From: an uncultured Eubacteriales bacterium
Lineage (GTDB): Bacteria; Bacillota; Peptococcia; Peptococcales; SKKY01
Reading direction: 5' to 3'
DNA: 64,000 nucleotides
Assembly: GCA_964574445.1 (NCBI GenBank)
Contig: CAZNNQ010000006.1
Coordinates: forward strand, 1,322-65,321
In this document: piece by piece, positions 1 to 10,709 of the stretch
How the letters are laid out: every line of letters starts with the position of its first letter
Position numbering within the stretch: position 1 is the stretch's first letter
Program-made: the position numbers and the translations under genes
Notes under the pieces: generated by a model
Database searches by the model: none
What the model was told of the DNA's origin: nothing
Seen by the model: the letters and a program-made list of their open reading frames with translations, nothing else

Positions 1-974
1 CTCTTAGCTTTAAATCTGTCTCTCATAGTTCTAGCCCAGATTCTTCTAGCAGCACGGAACTTAGCAACTTCTTCTAATAAATCGTTGTGAGCATTAAAGA
101 AGAATGATAAACGTCCTGCAAAAGCATCAACATCAAGTCCTGCTTCGATAGCAGCTTGAACATAAGCAATACCATCTGCTAATGTGAAAGCAACTTCTTG
201 AGAAGCAGTTGATCCAGCCTCACGAATGTGGTAACCGGAAATTGAAATTGTGTTCCACTGAGGAACGTTTTCTGAACAGAAACCAAAGATGTCAGTGATT
301 AATCTCATTGAAGGAGCTGGTGGGAAAATGTATGTACCACGAGCTGCGTATTCTTTAAGAATATCGTTCTGAATTGTACCTGTTAATTGGTCTGGAGTAA
401 CACCAGTTTTTTCAGCTGCAGCAATGTAGAATGCTAATAATACTGAAGCTGGAGCATTGATAGTCATTGATGTAGAAACTTTTCCTAAATCAATTCCACC
501 AAAAAGAACTTCCATGTCAGCAAGTGAGTCAATAGCAACACCTACTTTTCCTACTTCACCTTCTGCAATAGGATCATCTGAGTCATAACCAATTTGTGTT
601 GGTAAGTCGAATGCACATGAAAGACCAGTTGAACCACTTTCGATTAAGTATCTGTAACGAGCATTTGATTCTTCAGCAGTTGAGAAACCAGCGTATTGAC
701 GCATAGTCCAAAGCTTACCTCTGTAACCATTAGCTTGTACGTTACGAACAAATGGGAATTCACCTGGCATTCCGATATCTTCGTTGTAATCTAAATCTGC
801 GATATCTGCTGGAGTGTAAACTTGGTTCACCTCTGCACCAGAAACATTAAAAAACTTTTCTTTTCTTTCTACTTTTTTGCCTTTTTCAGCAGCTTTTGCT
901 TTTGCTGCTTCCCACTTAGTTTCATAAGCGGCAACCTCTTTTTTGATCTCTTCGATTTTTGCCTTATCAAACAT
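1..974 (-). CDS. methylmalonyl-CoA mutase catalytic (large/N-terminal) subunit; 5' portion only, runs off the window start
   Basis: My own minus-strand translation from the ATG at 972-974 gives [105 protein letters not shown]... The TMRQYAGF...ESN segment is typical of B12-dependent acyl-CoA mutases. A GGAGAG SD lies upstream. The gene is absent from the ORF track because it has no stop codon in the window. Confidence 0.85.
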   Translation of the reverse strand, partial: MFDKAKIEEIKKEVAAYETKWEAAKAKAAEKGKKVERKEKFFNVSGAEVNQVYTPADIADLDYNEDIGMPGEFPFVRNVQANGYRGKLWTMRQYAGFSTAEESNARYRYLIESGSTGLSCAFDLPTQIGYDSDDPIAEGEVGKVGVAIDSLADMEVLFGGIDLGKVSTSMTINAPASVLLAFYIAAAEKTGVTPDQLTGTIQNDILKEYAARGTYIFPPAPSMRLITDIFGFCSENVPQWNTISISGYHIREAGSTASQEVAFTLADGIAYVQAAIEAGLDVDAFAGRLSFFFNAHNDLLEEVAKFRAARRIWARTMRDRFKAK

Positions 975-1074
975 ATTTTTTCTACTCTCCTTCCTTATAT
1001 AAAGCTGTTTATATTTTTTTTAGAATGCCCTAACTTAATAGAGCATCCTAAAATTTAAAAATCATAATAATTAA

Positions 1075-2583
1075 TTACTTAATTTTCATGCTTCCTGTTT
1101 CAACAAAACGTGCGTGCCAGCTTAATGCTTCACCAATAATATGTGGAGTATGTCCAATGCCTTTCTCTACTGTAGCAGCTTTTGCTCTGTCAAAGTAATC
1201 TTGAAGCATTGGCTTGTAATCAGGGTGAGCACAATTGTCAATAATTACCTGAGCTCTTTCTCTTGGTGATAGACCTCTTAAGTCTGCAACACCTTGCTCT
1301 GTAACAAATACCATAACATCATGCTCAGTATGGTCATGGTGAGATACCATTGGAACGATAGCTGAAATGTCACCATTTTTAGCTGTTGAACCAGTTAAGA
1401 AGATTGAAATAGAAGCGTTTCTAGTGAAGTCACCAGAGCCACCAATACCGTTCATCATTCTTGTTCCCATAATGTGAGTTGAGTTTACATTACCATAAAT
1501 ATCAACTTCTATAGCAGTGTTCATAGAAATAACGCCAAGACGACGAGCTACTTCTGGGTTATTACTGATTTCTTGTGGTCTTAAAATAATTTTATCTCTG
1601 TAGAAATCGATATTGTCGATAAATCTTTGTAATCCTGTTTCTGATGGAGTAAGTGATGTTCCTGATACAGCAACAAACTTTCCACAGTCAATTAAGTCAA
1701 AAGCAGCGTCTTGAATAACCTCTGAATAGAACTCAAGTCCTTCGAAGTCAGAATCAGCAAGTCCTGCAAGAACTGCGTTAGCAACGTTACCAACACCAGA
1801 TTGTAATGGAAGTAAGTTTGCAGGAAGACATCCTTTTTCAACTTCTCCTTTTAAGAATCCGATTAAGTTAGCTGCCATTTTTTTACTTTCTTCATCAAGA
1901 GGAGCAAGTGGACGAACTTTATCTGTAACATCACTCATTACAATTGCTGTAATTTTGTCTGGTCCACATTCAATATATGGAGTTCCAATTAAATCATTAG
2001 TTTTTACTATTGGAATTGGCTGACGATTTGGAGGATCAAGCGGAACATAAACATCATGCATTCCCTCTAATTTAGCTGGTTGAACAGTGTTTACTTCTAC
2101 TATAACAATGTCTGCTTCTTGTACAAAAGATGGGCTGTTACCCATTGAAGTTGTTGGTACGATATGTCCTTCTTCAGTAATAGCACAAGCTTCAATAATA
2201 GCAACATCAAGTTTGCCATAGTAGCCATTTCTGTACTGTTGAGCTGAATGGCTTAAATGTTGGTCAATGTATTCAACTTTGCCATTATTAAGAGCTTTTT
2301 GAAGGTCACCGTTAGTTTGATATGGAGCACGTTTCTTCATAACACCTGACTGAGTTAATCTTCCGTCAAGTTCAGGTCCTACTGAAGCACCTGTTAATAA
2401 AGTAATACCTACTTTTCTTCCTGCTTCCGCTTGCTTAGCAAGTGCTTCAGGAACTACTTTTGGATAGCCGCATGGTGTAAATCCACTTGTACCTACAACC
2501 ATTCCGTCTTGAATTAAGCTAGCCGCTTGGTCAGCAGTCATAATCTTGCTTTCCAGTGCTTTACATCTAATTCTTTCGTTCAT
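1075..2583 (-). CDS. acetyl-CoA hydrolase/transferase family CoA-transferase (succinyl-CoA:acetate / propionyl-CoA:succinate type)
   Basis: The 502-aa ORF has the family architecture (GTSGFTP..., ...NGIGGSGDF...) and a GGAGGAG SD. It sits directly upstream of the mutase gene on the same strand. Confidence 0.85.
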   Translation of the reverse strand: MNERIRCKALESKIMTADQAASLIQDGMVVGTSGFTPCGYPKVVPEALAKQAEAGRKVGITLLTGASVGPELDGRLTQSGVMKKRAPYQTNGDLQKALNNGKVEYIDQHLSHSAQQYRNGYYGKLDVAIIEACAITEEGHIVPTTSMGNSPSFVQEADIVIVEVNTVQPAKLEGMHDVYVPLDPPNRQPIPIVKTNDLIGTPYIECGPDKITAIVMSDVTDKVRPLAPLDEESKKMAANLIGFLKGEVEKGCLPANLLPLQSGVGNVANAVLAGLADSDFEGLEFYSEVIQDAAFDLIDCGKFVAVSGTSLTPSETGLQRFIDNIDFYRDKIILRPQEISNNPEVARRLGVISMNTAIEVDIYGNVNSTHIMGTRMMNGIGGSGDFTRNASISIFLTGSTAKNGDISAIVPMVSHHDHTEHDVMVFVTEQGVADLRGLSPRERAQVIIDNCAHPDYKPMLQDYFDRAKAATVEKGIGHTPHIIGEALSWHARFVETGSMKIK

Positions 2584-2873
2584 TGTTGTTCTCCTCCTAA
2601 TTATTTATATTAGCTAGATTAGAGCTGACGCCATAATCTAAATCCTTATAAACTAAATCAATATTAAAATTTCCGGTAAAGATTTTTATATGTAGAACAA
2701 AACTCCAATTTCAAAAAAAATCCCAGCTCAAGAAGAACCTAATGGTTAGTCAATCTGGCCAGGGTATAACTTGTTTTCTATCGAAGTTTTTTAAACTCTA
2801 TCAACAAATTATCGGCTATATTATATGTATTATTTATTTCCTCACCAATTAGTCTTTATTATATCTTTTTTGA

Positions 2874-3215
2874 TTACCTTTGTAAAATAGTTTTTTCTTT
2901 GGTACTTACCCATTTCTCATGAACTAATTTTAAAGCAGTTATAATAGCTTTTCTAGCACTACCTTGATATCTTATTTCAAATTCTTTAATTAGTTTTTCT
3001 GCACCTGACTCAATATTATGTCCTTTTACCACTCTTTTAAAAAAACTTCTTCCTAATTCTGTAGCAAGAGTACAATCACCATCAATTATCTCGCCAGTTT
3101 TAGGATCAACCTCCAAACCTATGGCAATAACTTGATATAGTTTTTCAGCAGTAATTGCAGTGGGAAGTTTAGCATAACCGGTAACAAAAATTGTATCTTT
3201 CCCTTCTTGTGACAT
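2874..3215 (-). CDS. small conserved protein, DUF3870-like
   Basis: The 113-aa ORF has a GAAGGAGAA SD. The DUF3870 assignment is from memory of the family pattern and has not been verified. Confidence 0.55.
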   Translation of the reverse strand: MSQEGKDTIFVTGYAKLPTAITAEKLYQVIAIGLEVDPKTGEIIDGDCTLATELGRSFFKRVVKGHNIESGAEKLIKEFEIRYQGSARKAIITALKLVHEKWVSTKEKTILQR

Positions 3216-3280
3216 AGCCCATTCTCCTTCTCTCTTTATTGTTACTAATTGAAAATGTATTGATTTAAGGCTCAGCTCTT

Positions 3281-3309
3281 ATTATAGAGATAATGTCAAA
3301 CCATTTCAA
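3281..3309 (-). promoter_or_regulatory. putative sigma-A promoter for the DUF3870-like gene
   Basis: The minus strand reads TTGAAA (3309-3304), a 17-nt spacer, then TATAAT (3286-3281). Confidence 0.5.
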
Positions 3310-3311
3310 GC

Positions 3312-4301
3312 TCAAATATAACTTCCATCTTCATTTCTTAACGAAACGTCTCCTGCCAATATTTTATTGTCTTTTCCTTCATCATCTTTTATTATCAAAT
3401 ATCCTTCATCATCAATCCTTTCAGCTATTCCTATAATTTCCCCATCAAAGGTAATTGCCTTTACTCTTTTTCCAAGGGTAATGTTATTTTCTTTCCATAG
3501 ATCTAAAATTTTATTAAAGCCTTCTTTCTTATATAATAAATAAATTTTTTCCATCTCTTCTATAATCTTTCTAAGTAGTTCATTTCTATTGATAATTTTA
3601 CCAGTATTTATTTTTAGTGATGTTGCTTTTTCCCGGATCTCCAGTGGGAAATCTGAAATTTCCTGGTTAGCATTTATTCCAATCCCAGCAACAATATAAT
3701 TTATTCTTTCCACTTCAGCAGATATTTCCGTCAATATTCCTACAATTTTTTTTCCATCTAATAAAATATCGTTTGGCCATTTGATTTTTACATCTTTATT
3801 AATATATTTTTTTATCCCTTCCATTATCCCCACCGCAACAACAAAAGTAATTTCAGAAGCTCTTACTGGCAGAATTTCAGGCTTTAAAATAAATGAAACC
3901 CAAATCCCCTTTCCATAAGGAGAAATCCAGTCTCTTCCCATTCTTCCCTTGCCTTTTGTTTGTTCTTCTGCAATAACAAACGTACCTTCTTCTTTACCTT
4001 CTCCAGCTAGTTTTTTTGCAATAGTATTAGTTGAATCAACTTGATCATATGTATAAATATTTTCTTTGTCCCAGTATTTAAGATTTAACTCTGTAATTAT
4101 CTCTGTCTTTAAAAGCTTATCAACTCTGTTTTTTAATAAATATCCTTTTCTAGGTATTGCTTCTATTATATATCCGTCTTCTTTAAGTGCATTGATTTGT
4201 TTCCATACTGCAGTTCTAGATACACCAAGACGCTCACTGATTTCTTCCCCTGAAAGATATTCTTTTTCTTCCAGTAATATTTTAAAAATCTTCTGTTTCA
4301 A
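3312..4301 (-). CDS. birA: bifunctional biotin-[acetyl-CoA-carboxylase] ligase / biotin operon repressor
   Basis: The 329-aa ORF has an N-terminal HTH (LSGEEISERLGVSRTAVWKQINALKEDGY) and the ligase motif GKGRMGRDW. Confidence 0.9.
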   Translation of the reverse strand: MKQKIFKILLEEKEYLSGEEISERLGVSRTAVWKQINALKEDGYIIEAIPRKGYLLKNRVDKLLKTEIITELNLKYWDKENIYTYDQVDSTNTIAKKLAGEGKEEGTFVIAEEQTKGKGRMGRDWISPYGKGIWVSFILKPEILPVRASEITFVVAVGIMEGIKKYINKDVKIKWPNDILLDGKKIVGILTEISAEVERINYIVAGIGINANQEISDFPLEIREKATSLKINTGKIINRNELLRKIIEEMEKIYLLYKKEGFNKILDLWKENNITLGKRVKAITFDGEIIGIAERIDDEGYLIIKDDEGKDNKILAGDVSLRNEDGSYI

Positions 4302-4358
4302 GTTTTTACACCTTCCTTTTTATCCTAATGATGTAATAATACTTATTATTATTATTAC

Positions 4359-4387
4359 TTGCAATAAGGAAACTTTAATGTTAAAAT
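4359..4387 (+). promoter_or_regulatory. putative sigma-A promoter for rpmB
   Basis: TTGCAA (4359-4364), a 17-nt spacer, then TAAAAT (4382-4387), preceded by TGt (extended -10). Confidence 0.5.
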
Positions 4388-4430
4388 CATCTAGTGGTTT
4401 TAGTATTGTTTTGAGAGAGGGGGTTTCATT

Positions 4431-4622
4431 ATGTCACGTGTTTGCGAGGTTTGCGGTAAAGGAGTATCAACTGGAATGTCAGTAAGTCACTCTCACATCC
4501 GTAGTAAGAAAAAATGGGCTCCAAATTTACAAAGCGTTAAGGCTGTAGTAAATGGTACACCAAAAAGAGTAAAACTTTGTACGAGATGCCTCCGTTCTGG
4601 TAAAGTCCAGAGAGCGGTTTAA
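4431..4622 (+). CDS. rpmB: 50S ribosomal protein L28
   Basis: The 63-aa [14 protein letters not shown]...SHSH.RSKKKW.PNLQ is a classic L28 sequence. A GAGAGGGGG SD lies upstream. Confidence 0.95.
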   Translation: MSRVCEVCGKGVSTGMSVSHSHIRSKKKWAPNLQSVKAVVNGTPKRVKLCTRCLRSGKVQRAV

Positions 4623-4640
4623 TAAATGAATACCAAGAAA

Positions 4641-4687
4641 AGGCCTGCTTAGACTAAAGAATTTAGTCTGAAGTAAGCCTTTTTTGT
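4641..4687. terminator. intrinsic terminator between convergent rpmB and hslO
   Basis: An imperfect long hairpin (AGGCCTGCTTAGACTA ... TAGTCTGAAGTAAGCCT) is followed by TTTTTGTTT. Confidence 0.7.
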
Positions 4688-4697
4688 TTGCCTAAAA

Positions 4698-5579
4698 TTA
4701 ATTATTATTTCTTGAGTCTATTATTTCCCTAAGTTCTTCTTCGCTAAATGTATGAACTTCATTGCAAAAATGACATCTTGTTTCGCATTTTCCATCACTT
4801 TCTAAAATCGAAGTCAATTCATCAGTTCCTAGGCTGTATAATCCATTTTTAAATCTTTCCTTGCTGCATTTACAATCAAATTTAACATCATGCTCTTCCA
4901 GGACTTTGAAATCTATCCCCTGAAGGTATTCTTCCATTAAACCTCTTGCATCTAATCCATTATTTATAAGAATACTTACACCCTTACCAAGTATTACTTT
5001 TTCTTCAATTAAATCTAGGACGTCCTCAGGAGCTCCTGGTAATGCCTGGATAATTACTCCACCACTTGCAATAACTTTATAGTCAATATCAACAAGCACT
5101 CCAAGTGCAACAAGGGAAGGTGTTTGCTCTGAATCAAGAAGATATTGGGCTATATCCTCACCTATTTCTCCAGAAACTATATCAGTTGTTCCTGAATATG
5201 GTTCTTTTAAGCCTAAATCTTTCATGATATTTAGCTGACCGCTTCCAATTGCTTTGCCTACATTAAGTTTTCCTTCTTCTGTAAGGGGGAGATCAACATA
5301 AGGATTCCCTACATATCCCCTTACTGTATAATCAGAAAATGCCTGAGATATAGCTCCTCCAATAGGTCCATCTCCTAAAAATCTAATAGACAAAGAACCT
5401 TCCCCTTTTAAACCCCAAGTCATTAAAAGGTTTGCTGTCATTATTCTTCCTAAAGTTGCACATGCCAAAGGTGAAAGGTTATGTCTTTGTCTTGCTTCTT
5501 CGACAATCCCCGTTGTTATAACCGATGATACTCTTACTGTATTATTTAATGCTGTTGCACGTATTAATCTATCCTTCAT
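4698..5579 (-). CDS. hslO: redox-regulated chaperone Hsp33
   Basis: The ORF has the C-terminal zinc centre CKCS...CHFC. I set the start at the internal ATG (MKDRLIRA) because AAAGGAG lies 7 nt upstream and the rpe stop codon lies 1 nt before it. Confidence 0.9.
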   Translation of the reverse strand: MKDRLIRATALNNTVRVSSVITTGIVEEARQRHNLSPLACATLGRIMTANLLMTWGLKGEGSLSIRFLGDGPIGGAISQAFSDYTVRGYVGNPYVDLPLTEEGKLNVGKAIGSGQLNIMKDLGLKEPYSGTTDIVSGEIGEDIAQYLLDSEQTPSLVALGVLVDIDYKVIASGGVIIQALPGAPEDVLDLIEEKVILGKGVSILINNGLDARGLMEEYLQGIDFKVLEEHDVKFDCKCSKERFKNGLYSLGTDELTSILESDGKCETRCHFCNEVHTFSEEELREIIDSRNNN

Positions 5580-5580
5580 C

Positions 5581-6225
5581 TTATTCTCCTTTAATTTCAT
5601 TAATTGCTTTTTTTCTGTCTTTTGCTCCGAATACTGCGGAACCTGCTACTAAAATATCTGCTCCTGATCTAATTACTTCAGCAGCATTGTCTTTATTAAT
5701 TCCTCCATCAACCTGAATTTGTAGTGATGGATTTTTTTGATTTGCTAAGGCTCTCAACTTCTTTATTTTTTCGATAGACTCAGGAATAAAAAATTGTCCG
5801 CCAAAACCTGGGTTCACGCTCATAATTAATACCATATCTATATCAGGTAGTATGTGCTCAAGAGTCATTACCGAAGTTGCTGGGTTAAGTGAAACACCTG
5901 CTTTACATCCCATTGATTTAATTGTCTGTATTGTTCGGTGAAGGTGTTTTGTGCTCTCCTGATGTACGGTTATCATATCAGCTCCAGCATTCTTAAATTC
6001 TTCAAGATAAAAGTCTGGATTCTCTATCATTAAATGAACATCAAAAAAAAGATTTGTATGTTTTCTTAATGTTTTTACAATCATTGGACCAAAACTTATA
6101 TTTGGTACAAAATTGCCATCCATTATATCAAGATGCAACCAATCTGCACCTGCCTTTTCTATTTCTTTAACCTCTTTTTCAAGATTACCAAAATCTGCAG
6201 ATAATAATGATGGAGCTATAATCAT
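5581..6225 (-). CDS. rpe: ribulose-phosphate 3-epimerase
   Basis: The 214-aa ORF begins IAPSLLSADF and contains HLDIMDG, DVHLM and VNPGFGGQ motifs. Confidence 0.95.
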   Translation of the reverse strand: MIIAPSLLSADFGNLEKEVKEIEKAGADWLHLDIMDGNFVPNISFGPMIVKTLRKHTNLFFDVHLMIENPDFYLEEFKNAGADMITVHQESTKHLHRTIQTIKSMGCKAGVSLNPATSVMTLEHILPDIDMVLIMSVNPGFGGQFFIPESIEKIKKLRALANQKNPSLQIQVDGGINKDNAAEVIRSGADILVAGSAVFGAKDRKKAINEIKGE

Positions 6226-7124
6226 TAGTATTGACTCCCTTCACGATTTTTTAATTCTTCGACTAGATATTTATAATTTTCGTATCTTTCCTTGCTTAAA
6301 ATTCCTTCTTCTATTTTTCTTTTTATTTCACAATCTGGTTCATCAATATGAAAACAATTATTAAACTTACATAAATGGCTGTATTTTAAGTAATCATTAT
6401 AAACCCGGGGAAGCATTTCTGGCTTAAAGTCCATCGGAAAATCTAAGGAACTAAACCCAGGAGAATCAGCTAACCAAGATTTTTCTCCTATCTGTATTAA
6501 CTCCGTATGCCTTGTGGTGTGTTTCCCCCGCTTTAGCTTTTCACTTATTTTACCCACAGCTCTGTCATCTCCACCATCCAGAATATTAATAATACTGGTT
6601 TTACCTACCCCAGAGATACCCGCTAAAATATTAATTTTATTCATCAAAATTTCTTCAAGTTCTTTTCTATATAAAGGAATTTTTTCTGTTTCTAGTGTAC
6701 TTATAAAAAACATCTCCGCCTCTGATTCTTGATATCTATTTTTAATTGCTTTTGTTTCTTCTTCATTAACCAAATCAATTTTATTAAAGACCAATACAGG
6801 ATCAATATTTTTGGATACTGCGACGGCCATTAAACGATCGATCAACATAAAGTCAGGGGATGGTTCTTTCATAGAACTAGTTATTATAATTTGATCAATA
6901 TTTGCAACAGGGGGTCTTAGGAGAAAGTTTTTTCTTTCTAAAGTTCTTTCTATTACTCCCTCAGATTTATCTTCATTCGTAATTGTAATTTCAACCAGAT
7001 CTCCTGGATAAAAATCATTTTTTCCTAACCGACTCCTACCTCTTAAAGAACAAGAAATTATTCTGTCACCTGTATCAACATAATAAAAACTACTATATCC
7101 TTTTATTATTGTACCTTTTAACAT
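6225..7124 (-). CDS. rsgA: ribosome small-subunit-dependent GTPase A
   Basis: The 299-aa ORF has circularly permuted GTPase motifs (NKIDL ... GISGVGKTS) and a C-terminal zinc knuckle (CKFNNCFHIDEPDC). Confidence 0.9.
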   Translation of the reverse strand: MLKGTIIKGYSSFYYVDTGDRIISCSLRGRSRLGKNDFYPGDLVEITITNEDKSEGVIERTLERKNFLLRPPVANIDQIIITSSMKEPSPDFMLIDRLMAVAVSKNIDPVLVFNKIDLVNEEETKAIKNRYQESEAEMFFISTLETEKIPLYRKELEEILMNKINILAGISGVGKTSIINILDGGDDRAVGKISEKLKRGKHTTRHTELIQIGEKSWLADSPGFSSLDFPMDFKPEMLPRVYNDYLKYSHLCKFNNCFHIDEPDCEIKRKIEEGILSKERYENYKYLVEELKNREGSQY

Positions 7125-7138
7125 CTACATCATCCTTT

Positions 7139-8956
7139 TTATGGAACTTGAACTTCGTTAATTTTGTTATTATTTAAAAATACGATAATTCTTCCTTCTC
7201 CATAATAATCAACCTCAACGCTAAAGAATCCTTTTTCTCTAGTTTCTTCTAAAAATATGCTTTCACCCATTATATCTTGTACAACTATTTTTAATATTCC
7301 ATCCACTTCGATGTTCACAGGTATAGCTCTAGTGAACTTTCTTGGTCCTGGACCAGAGCTTATTAAAAGATCTATCCTGCTATTCTCCTGTACAATTACA
7401 TCTGGTAAAGGATTTTGACTTACAACTGTGCCTTCACTGTATTCTGTGCTTTCTATCATTGTAACATTTCCCGGTTGGAGATTAAGCTTTGTTATTATCT
7501 CTAAAGCAGAATCTTTACTAAATCCGATTAAACCTGGAACAGGAAAATCTAAGGGTTTTTTACCTTTGCTGATAACAAGGTCTATGGAGGAACTTGGAGC
7601 AACCTTTGTTCCTCTGGCAGGTTCCTGATAAATCACTTCACCCTGTGCAAAATCTTCATTATAAATTTCTTCTTTGCTTTTTATAACAATATTGTTTTCA
7701 CCTAGAATTTTCTCTGCATTTTCAATACTGCTGCCAACTATATCCGGAACGATAACATACTCATCTCCAGCACTCACAACAACACTAACAGTGGATCCTT
7801 TTACCACTTTTTCACCTTTAAGGGGATCTTGGGAAATAATTATTCCCTTATCTGTTTCCTCAGTAAAATCTTCTCTTGCAATATTAATTACTAAATCGAT
7901 TAAACTAAGAGCATCTTCTGCGGCTGGTACCGTTAACCCACTTAAATCTGGGACACTTTCTTTTGTATCAAACATTAAGGCAAAAAAAGTAAGGAGGATT
8001 AGAAAAGCAAAAATAAAAATCAAATTTCTTTTTTTATTGTTTTTATTATTTGCTCCTTTGGCTTTTCTTTTTTGAACCATTGTATTACTAATTTTTAATT
8101 CTTCTAAATTTTTATCAATCTCTATTTTATTAAATCCAGAAGCTTTTCTGTAATTAAGCAATGCTTCTTTAAATTCTTTTGCACTTGCAAAACGATATTC
8201 CGGATTTTTGCCTAGCCCTTTAAGAATTATCATTTCAATATTATAAGGTATATCAGGATTATACACTGATGGATTAATCGGTCTCTCTTGGACATGTTTT
8301 AAAGCAATCGAAAAGTGTGATTCTCCTGAAAACGGAAGTCTTCCGGTGAGCATCTCATAAAGAACTATCGCTAATGAATATATATCTGACCTTTCTGTTG
8401 CTCTTTCTCCTTTGGCTTGTTCTGGGGAAAAATATTGAACTGAGCCGAGCATACCCCCTGCATGAGTTATCGTTGCAGAAGAGATTGCTTTAGCAATACC
8501 AAAATCTGTAACTTTCACTTTACCTTTTGTATCAACAAGGATATTATGAGGTTTTATATCTCGGTGAATTATTTTCTTTTGATGTGCATGTTCTAATGCA
8601 TTACAAACCTGAATTGAAATATCTAACACTTCATGTAATGGCATTTTCCCATTATTCTTGATAAGCTGATCAAGAGAATTCCCTTCAACAAACTCAAGAC
8701 TAAGATAATGTAATCCATCAACTGAACCATAATCATATAGTTTAACTATATTTTCATGATTCAATTTTGCAAAAGCTATAGCCTCCTGCATAAAACGGTC
8801 GACAAAATCTTTATCTCCAGAAAATTGGGTTTTTAATATTTTAAGGGCAACAATATGGTCCTTTTCTATATCTAAAGCTTTATAAACATGGGCCATTCCA
8901 CCCTCTGCTATTAGGCTAATTATCTTATACCTTTTATTAATAATTTGACCTGTCAT
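7139..8956 (-). CDS. prkC: Ser/Thr protein kinase with extracellular PASTA repeats
   Basis: The 605-aa ORF has an N-terminal Hanks kinase domain (HRDIKPHN, DFGIA), one TM segment, then repeated PASTA-like modules. Confidence 0.9.
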   Translation of the reverse strand: MTGQIINKRYKIISLIAEGGMAHVYKALDIEKDHIVALKILKTQFSGDKDFVDRFMQEAIAFAKLNHENIVKLYDYGSVDGLHYLSLEFVEGNSLDQLIKNNGKMPLHEVLDISIQVCNALEHAHQKKIIHRDIKPHNILVDTKGKVKVTDFGIAKAISSATITHAGGMLGSVQYFSPEQAKGERATERSDIYSLAIVLYEMLTGRLPFSGESHFSIALKHVQERPINPSVYNPDIPYNIEMIILKGLGKNPEYRFASAKEFKEALLNYRKASGFNKIEIDKNLEELKISNTMVQKRKAKGANNKNNKKRNLIFIFAFLILLTFFALMFDTKESVPDLSGLTVPAAEDALSLIDLVINIAREDFTEETDKGIIISQDPLKGEKVVKGSTVSVVVSAGDEYVIVPDIVGSSIENAEKILGENNIVIKSKEEIYNEDFAQGEVIYQEPARGTKVAPSSSIDLVISKGKKPLDFPVPGLIGFSKDSALEIITKLNLQPGNVTMIESTEYSEGTVVSQNPLPDVIVQENSRIDLLISSGPGPRKFTRAIPVNIEVDGILKIVVQDIMGESIFLEETREKGFFSVEVDYYGEGRIIVFLNNNKINEVQVP

Positions 8957-9678
8957 TTTACTTCACGCTCTCTATTTTCAGTAATTTCTCCTGCGATAAC
9001 AAAAGTAATGTTATCGCTACCACCCTTATCTAGAGCGCTTTGCAAAAGACTTTTACCTGTTTCTTCAATATTATAATTGTTTCTAATAAATATATTTACA
9101 ATCTCTTGATCAGAAAGCAAACCGTGTAAACCATCAGTAGAAAGAAGGATATAATCTCCTTCTTCTATTCTAAAAACTTTTTCTTCGATATTTATGGACT
9201 TTTCTACACCTAAGGCTCTACTAAGAACGTGTTTATACGGGTGATCCTTAGCCTGCTCTAGTGTGATACCTTCTCTTTTAAGTAATTCATTAACCATTGT
9301 ATGATCTGTTGTCAATTGCATTATTTTATCATTCCGTAAAAGATATGCTCTGCTATCACCTATATGACCTAGTAATATTTTATCCTCAATTACTTTTACT
9401 AAGGTAAAAGTTGTACCCATACCCCTGAATTTTTCGTTTTCTTCACCACAAAGAATAATTGCATTATTGATTTCTTGGAAGACCTTGTTAAACCCTTTCT
9501 CTTCAATATCATTATTGTTTTCTAAATACTCTCTAACTCTTTGGCTTGCAATTTCACCAGCCTTGTGTCCTCCCATACCATCAGCCACAGCAAGAACTTT
9601 CCTCGATAAATCAAGGAACCAGGAGTCTTCGTTTATTTTTCTTTGATATCCTACATCTGAAAAGGCTACACCTTTCAT
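8953..9678 (-). CDS. stp: PP2C-family Ser/Thr phosphatase
   Basis: The 241-aa ORF contains the motifs ADGMGGH and GGSDNIT. It overlaps prkC by 4 nt. Confidence 0.9.
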   Translation of the reverse strand: MKGVAFSDVGYQRKINEDSWFLDLSRKVLAVADGMGGHKAGEIASQRVREYLENNNDIEEKGFNKVFQEINNAIILCGEENEKFRGMGTTFTLVKVIEDKILLGHIGDSRAYLLRNDKIMQLTTDHTMVNELLKREGITLEQAKDHPYKHVLSRALGVEKSINIEEKVFRIEEGDYILLSTDGLHGLLSDQEIVNIFIRNNYNIEETGKSLLQSALDKGGSDNITFVIAGEITENREREVK

Positions 9679-10709
9679 TAATGTTTCCTCCCTTTACCCT
9701 TTAGCTGTCCACAAGCTGCCTCTATGTCAGATCCTCTTTCCTGCCTGACTGTAGATTCAATGTTCTTTTTCTTTAGCTCTGAAGCGAAAAGTTCCGCCTT
9801 CTCTGATTTTTTGTATTCTTCCTCGGTTTCATTAATAGGTATTAAATTGACATGTACTTTTAGTCCTTTGCAAAAGTCTATTAATTTTCTTAAATCTTCC
9901 GGACGGTCATTAAAACCTTTTATCATTGCATACTCCAAAGTTACTCTTCTATTTACCTTGGAAATATAGTGAGCAATTGCTTTTTTTAGCTCTTCCAAAT
10001 TAAACCTTCTGTTTACTGGCATAATGCTACTTCTTTTGGTATCGTCCGCAGAATGTAAGGATATTGCTAAAACAACATCTAATTCTTCTTCGGCAAATCT
10101 GTGAATTTCTGGAACAAGGCCACATGTGGATATAGTAATTTTTCTGATACCAATATTTAAGAATCTTTTTTCATTTATTATTTTAATGGCTCTTAATACA
10201 TTATCATAATTTAGAAAAGGTTCCCCCATTCCCATAAAAACGATATTGTTTATTTTAATTTTTTCAATTCTTTCTACGTCAGTAATTTGAGCAATAATTT
10301 CAGCAGTTTTAAGGTCCCTTTCAAAACCATTTTGACCTGTTGCACAAAAAGAACAGTTCATCGGACATCCTACTTGAGTAGAAATACATAAAGTTTTTCT
10401 TATGCCCTCATTTTCTTTTTTTTGTCTGAGTAATACTGTTTCGATTAACTCACCATCCTCTAGGGCAAAAAGATATTTCTTTGTTCCATCTTTTGAAGTT
10501 TGTGAAGTTCTAAGTTTAAGAGAATATATCTTCGCATTTTCTTCAAGCTTCTGTTTAAGTTCTTTTTTGAAATTAGTAATATCATCAAACTGCCTAAGCT
10601 TTTTGTCATAAACCCATTTAGCAAGTTGTTCTGCTCGATATCTGGGTTCATCTATGCTTTTAAAGAACTCTTCAAGTTCAAAATAATTCATTCCTAGTAT
10701 ATCTTGCAT
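9678..10709 (-). CDS. rlmN: 23S rRNA/tRNA (adenine-C2)-methyltransferase, radical SAM
   Basis: The 343-aa ORF contains CPMNCSFCATG and the C-terminal GSDIEAACGQL. Confidence 0.9.
   Translation of the reverse strand: MQDILGMNYFELEEFFKSIDEPRYRAEQLAKWVYDKKLRQFDDITNFKKELKQKLEENAKIYSLKLRTSQTSKDGTKKYLFALEDGELIETVLLRQKKENEGIRKTLCISTQVGCPMNCSFCATGQNGFERDLKTAEIIAQITDVERIEKIKINNIVFMGMGEPFLNYDNVLRAIKIINEKRFLNIGIRKITISTCGLVPEIHRFAEEELDVVLAISLHSADDTKRSSIMPVNRRFNLEELKKAIAHYISKVNRRVTLEYAMIKGFNDRPEDLRKLIDFCKGLKVHVNLIPINETEEEYKKSEKAELFASELKKKNIESTVRQERGSDIEAACGQLKGKGRKH

Noticed and set aside
822-1058. 78-aa plus-strand ORF in the supplied track
   Set aside because: It lies antisense to the clearly homologous methylmalonyl-CoA mutase coding sequence and its start region. 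It is F/L/S-rich, which is typical of an antisense artefact.
2584-2873. Possible cobalamin riboswitch upstream of the CoA-transferase / B12-mutase operon
   Set aside because: Reading the minus strand shows a terminator-like structure for the upstream gene, a TTGAAA-18-TATAAA promoter and a leader of about 110 nt with one 7-bp hairpin. There is no AGGGAA...GGUG...GCCACUG pattern and no B12 box.
4066-4485. 139-aa plus-strand ORF spanning the birA 5' end and the rpmB start
   Set aside because: It is antisense to birA, runs across the divergent promoter region and overlaps the genuine rpmB start in another frame. It has no SD.
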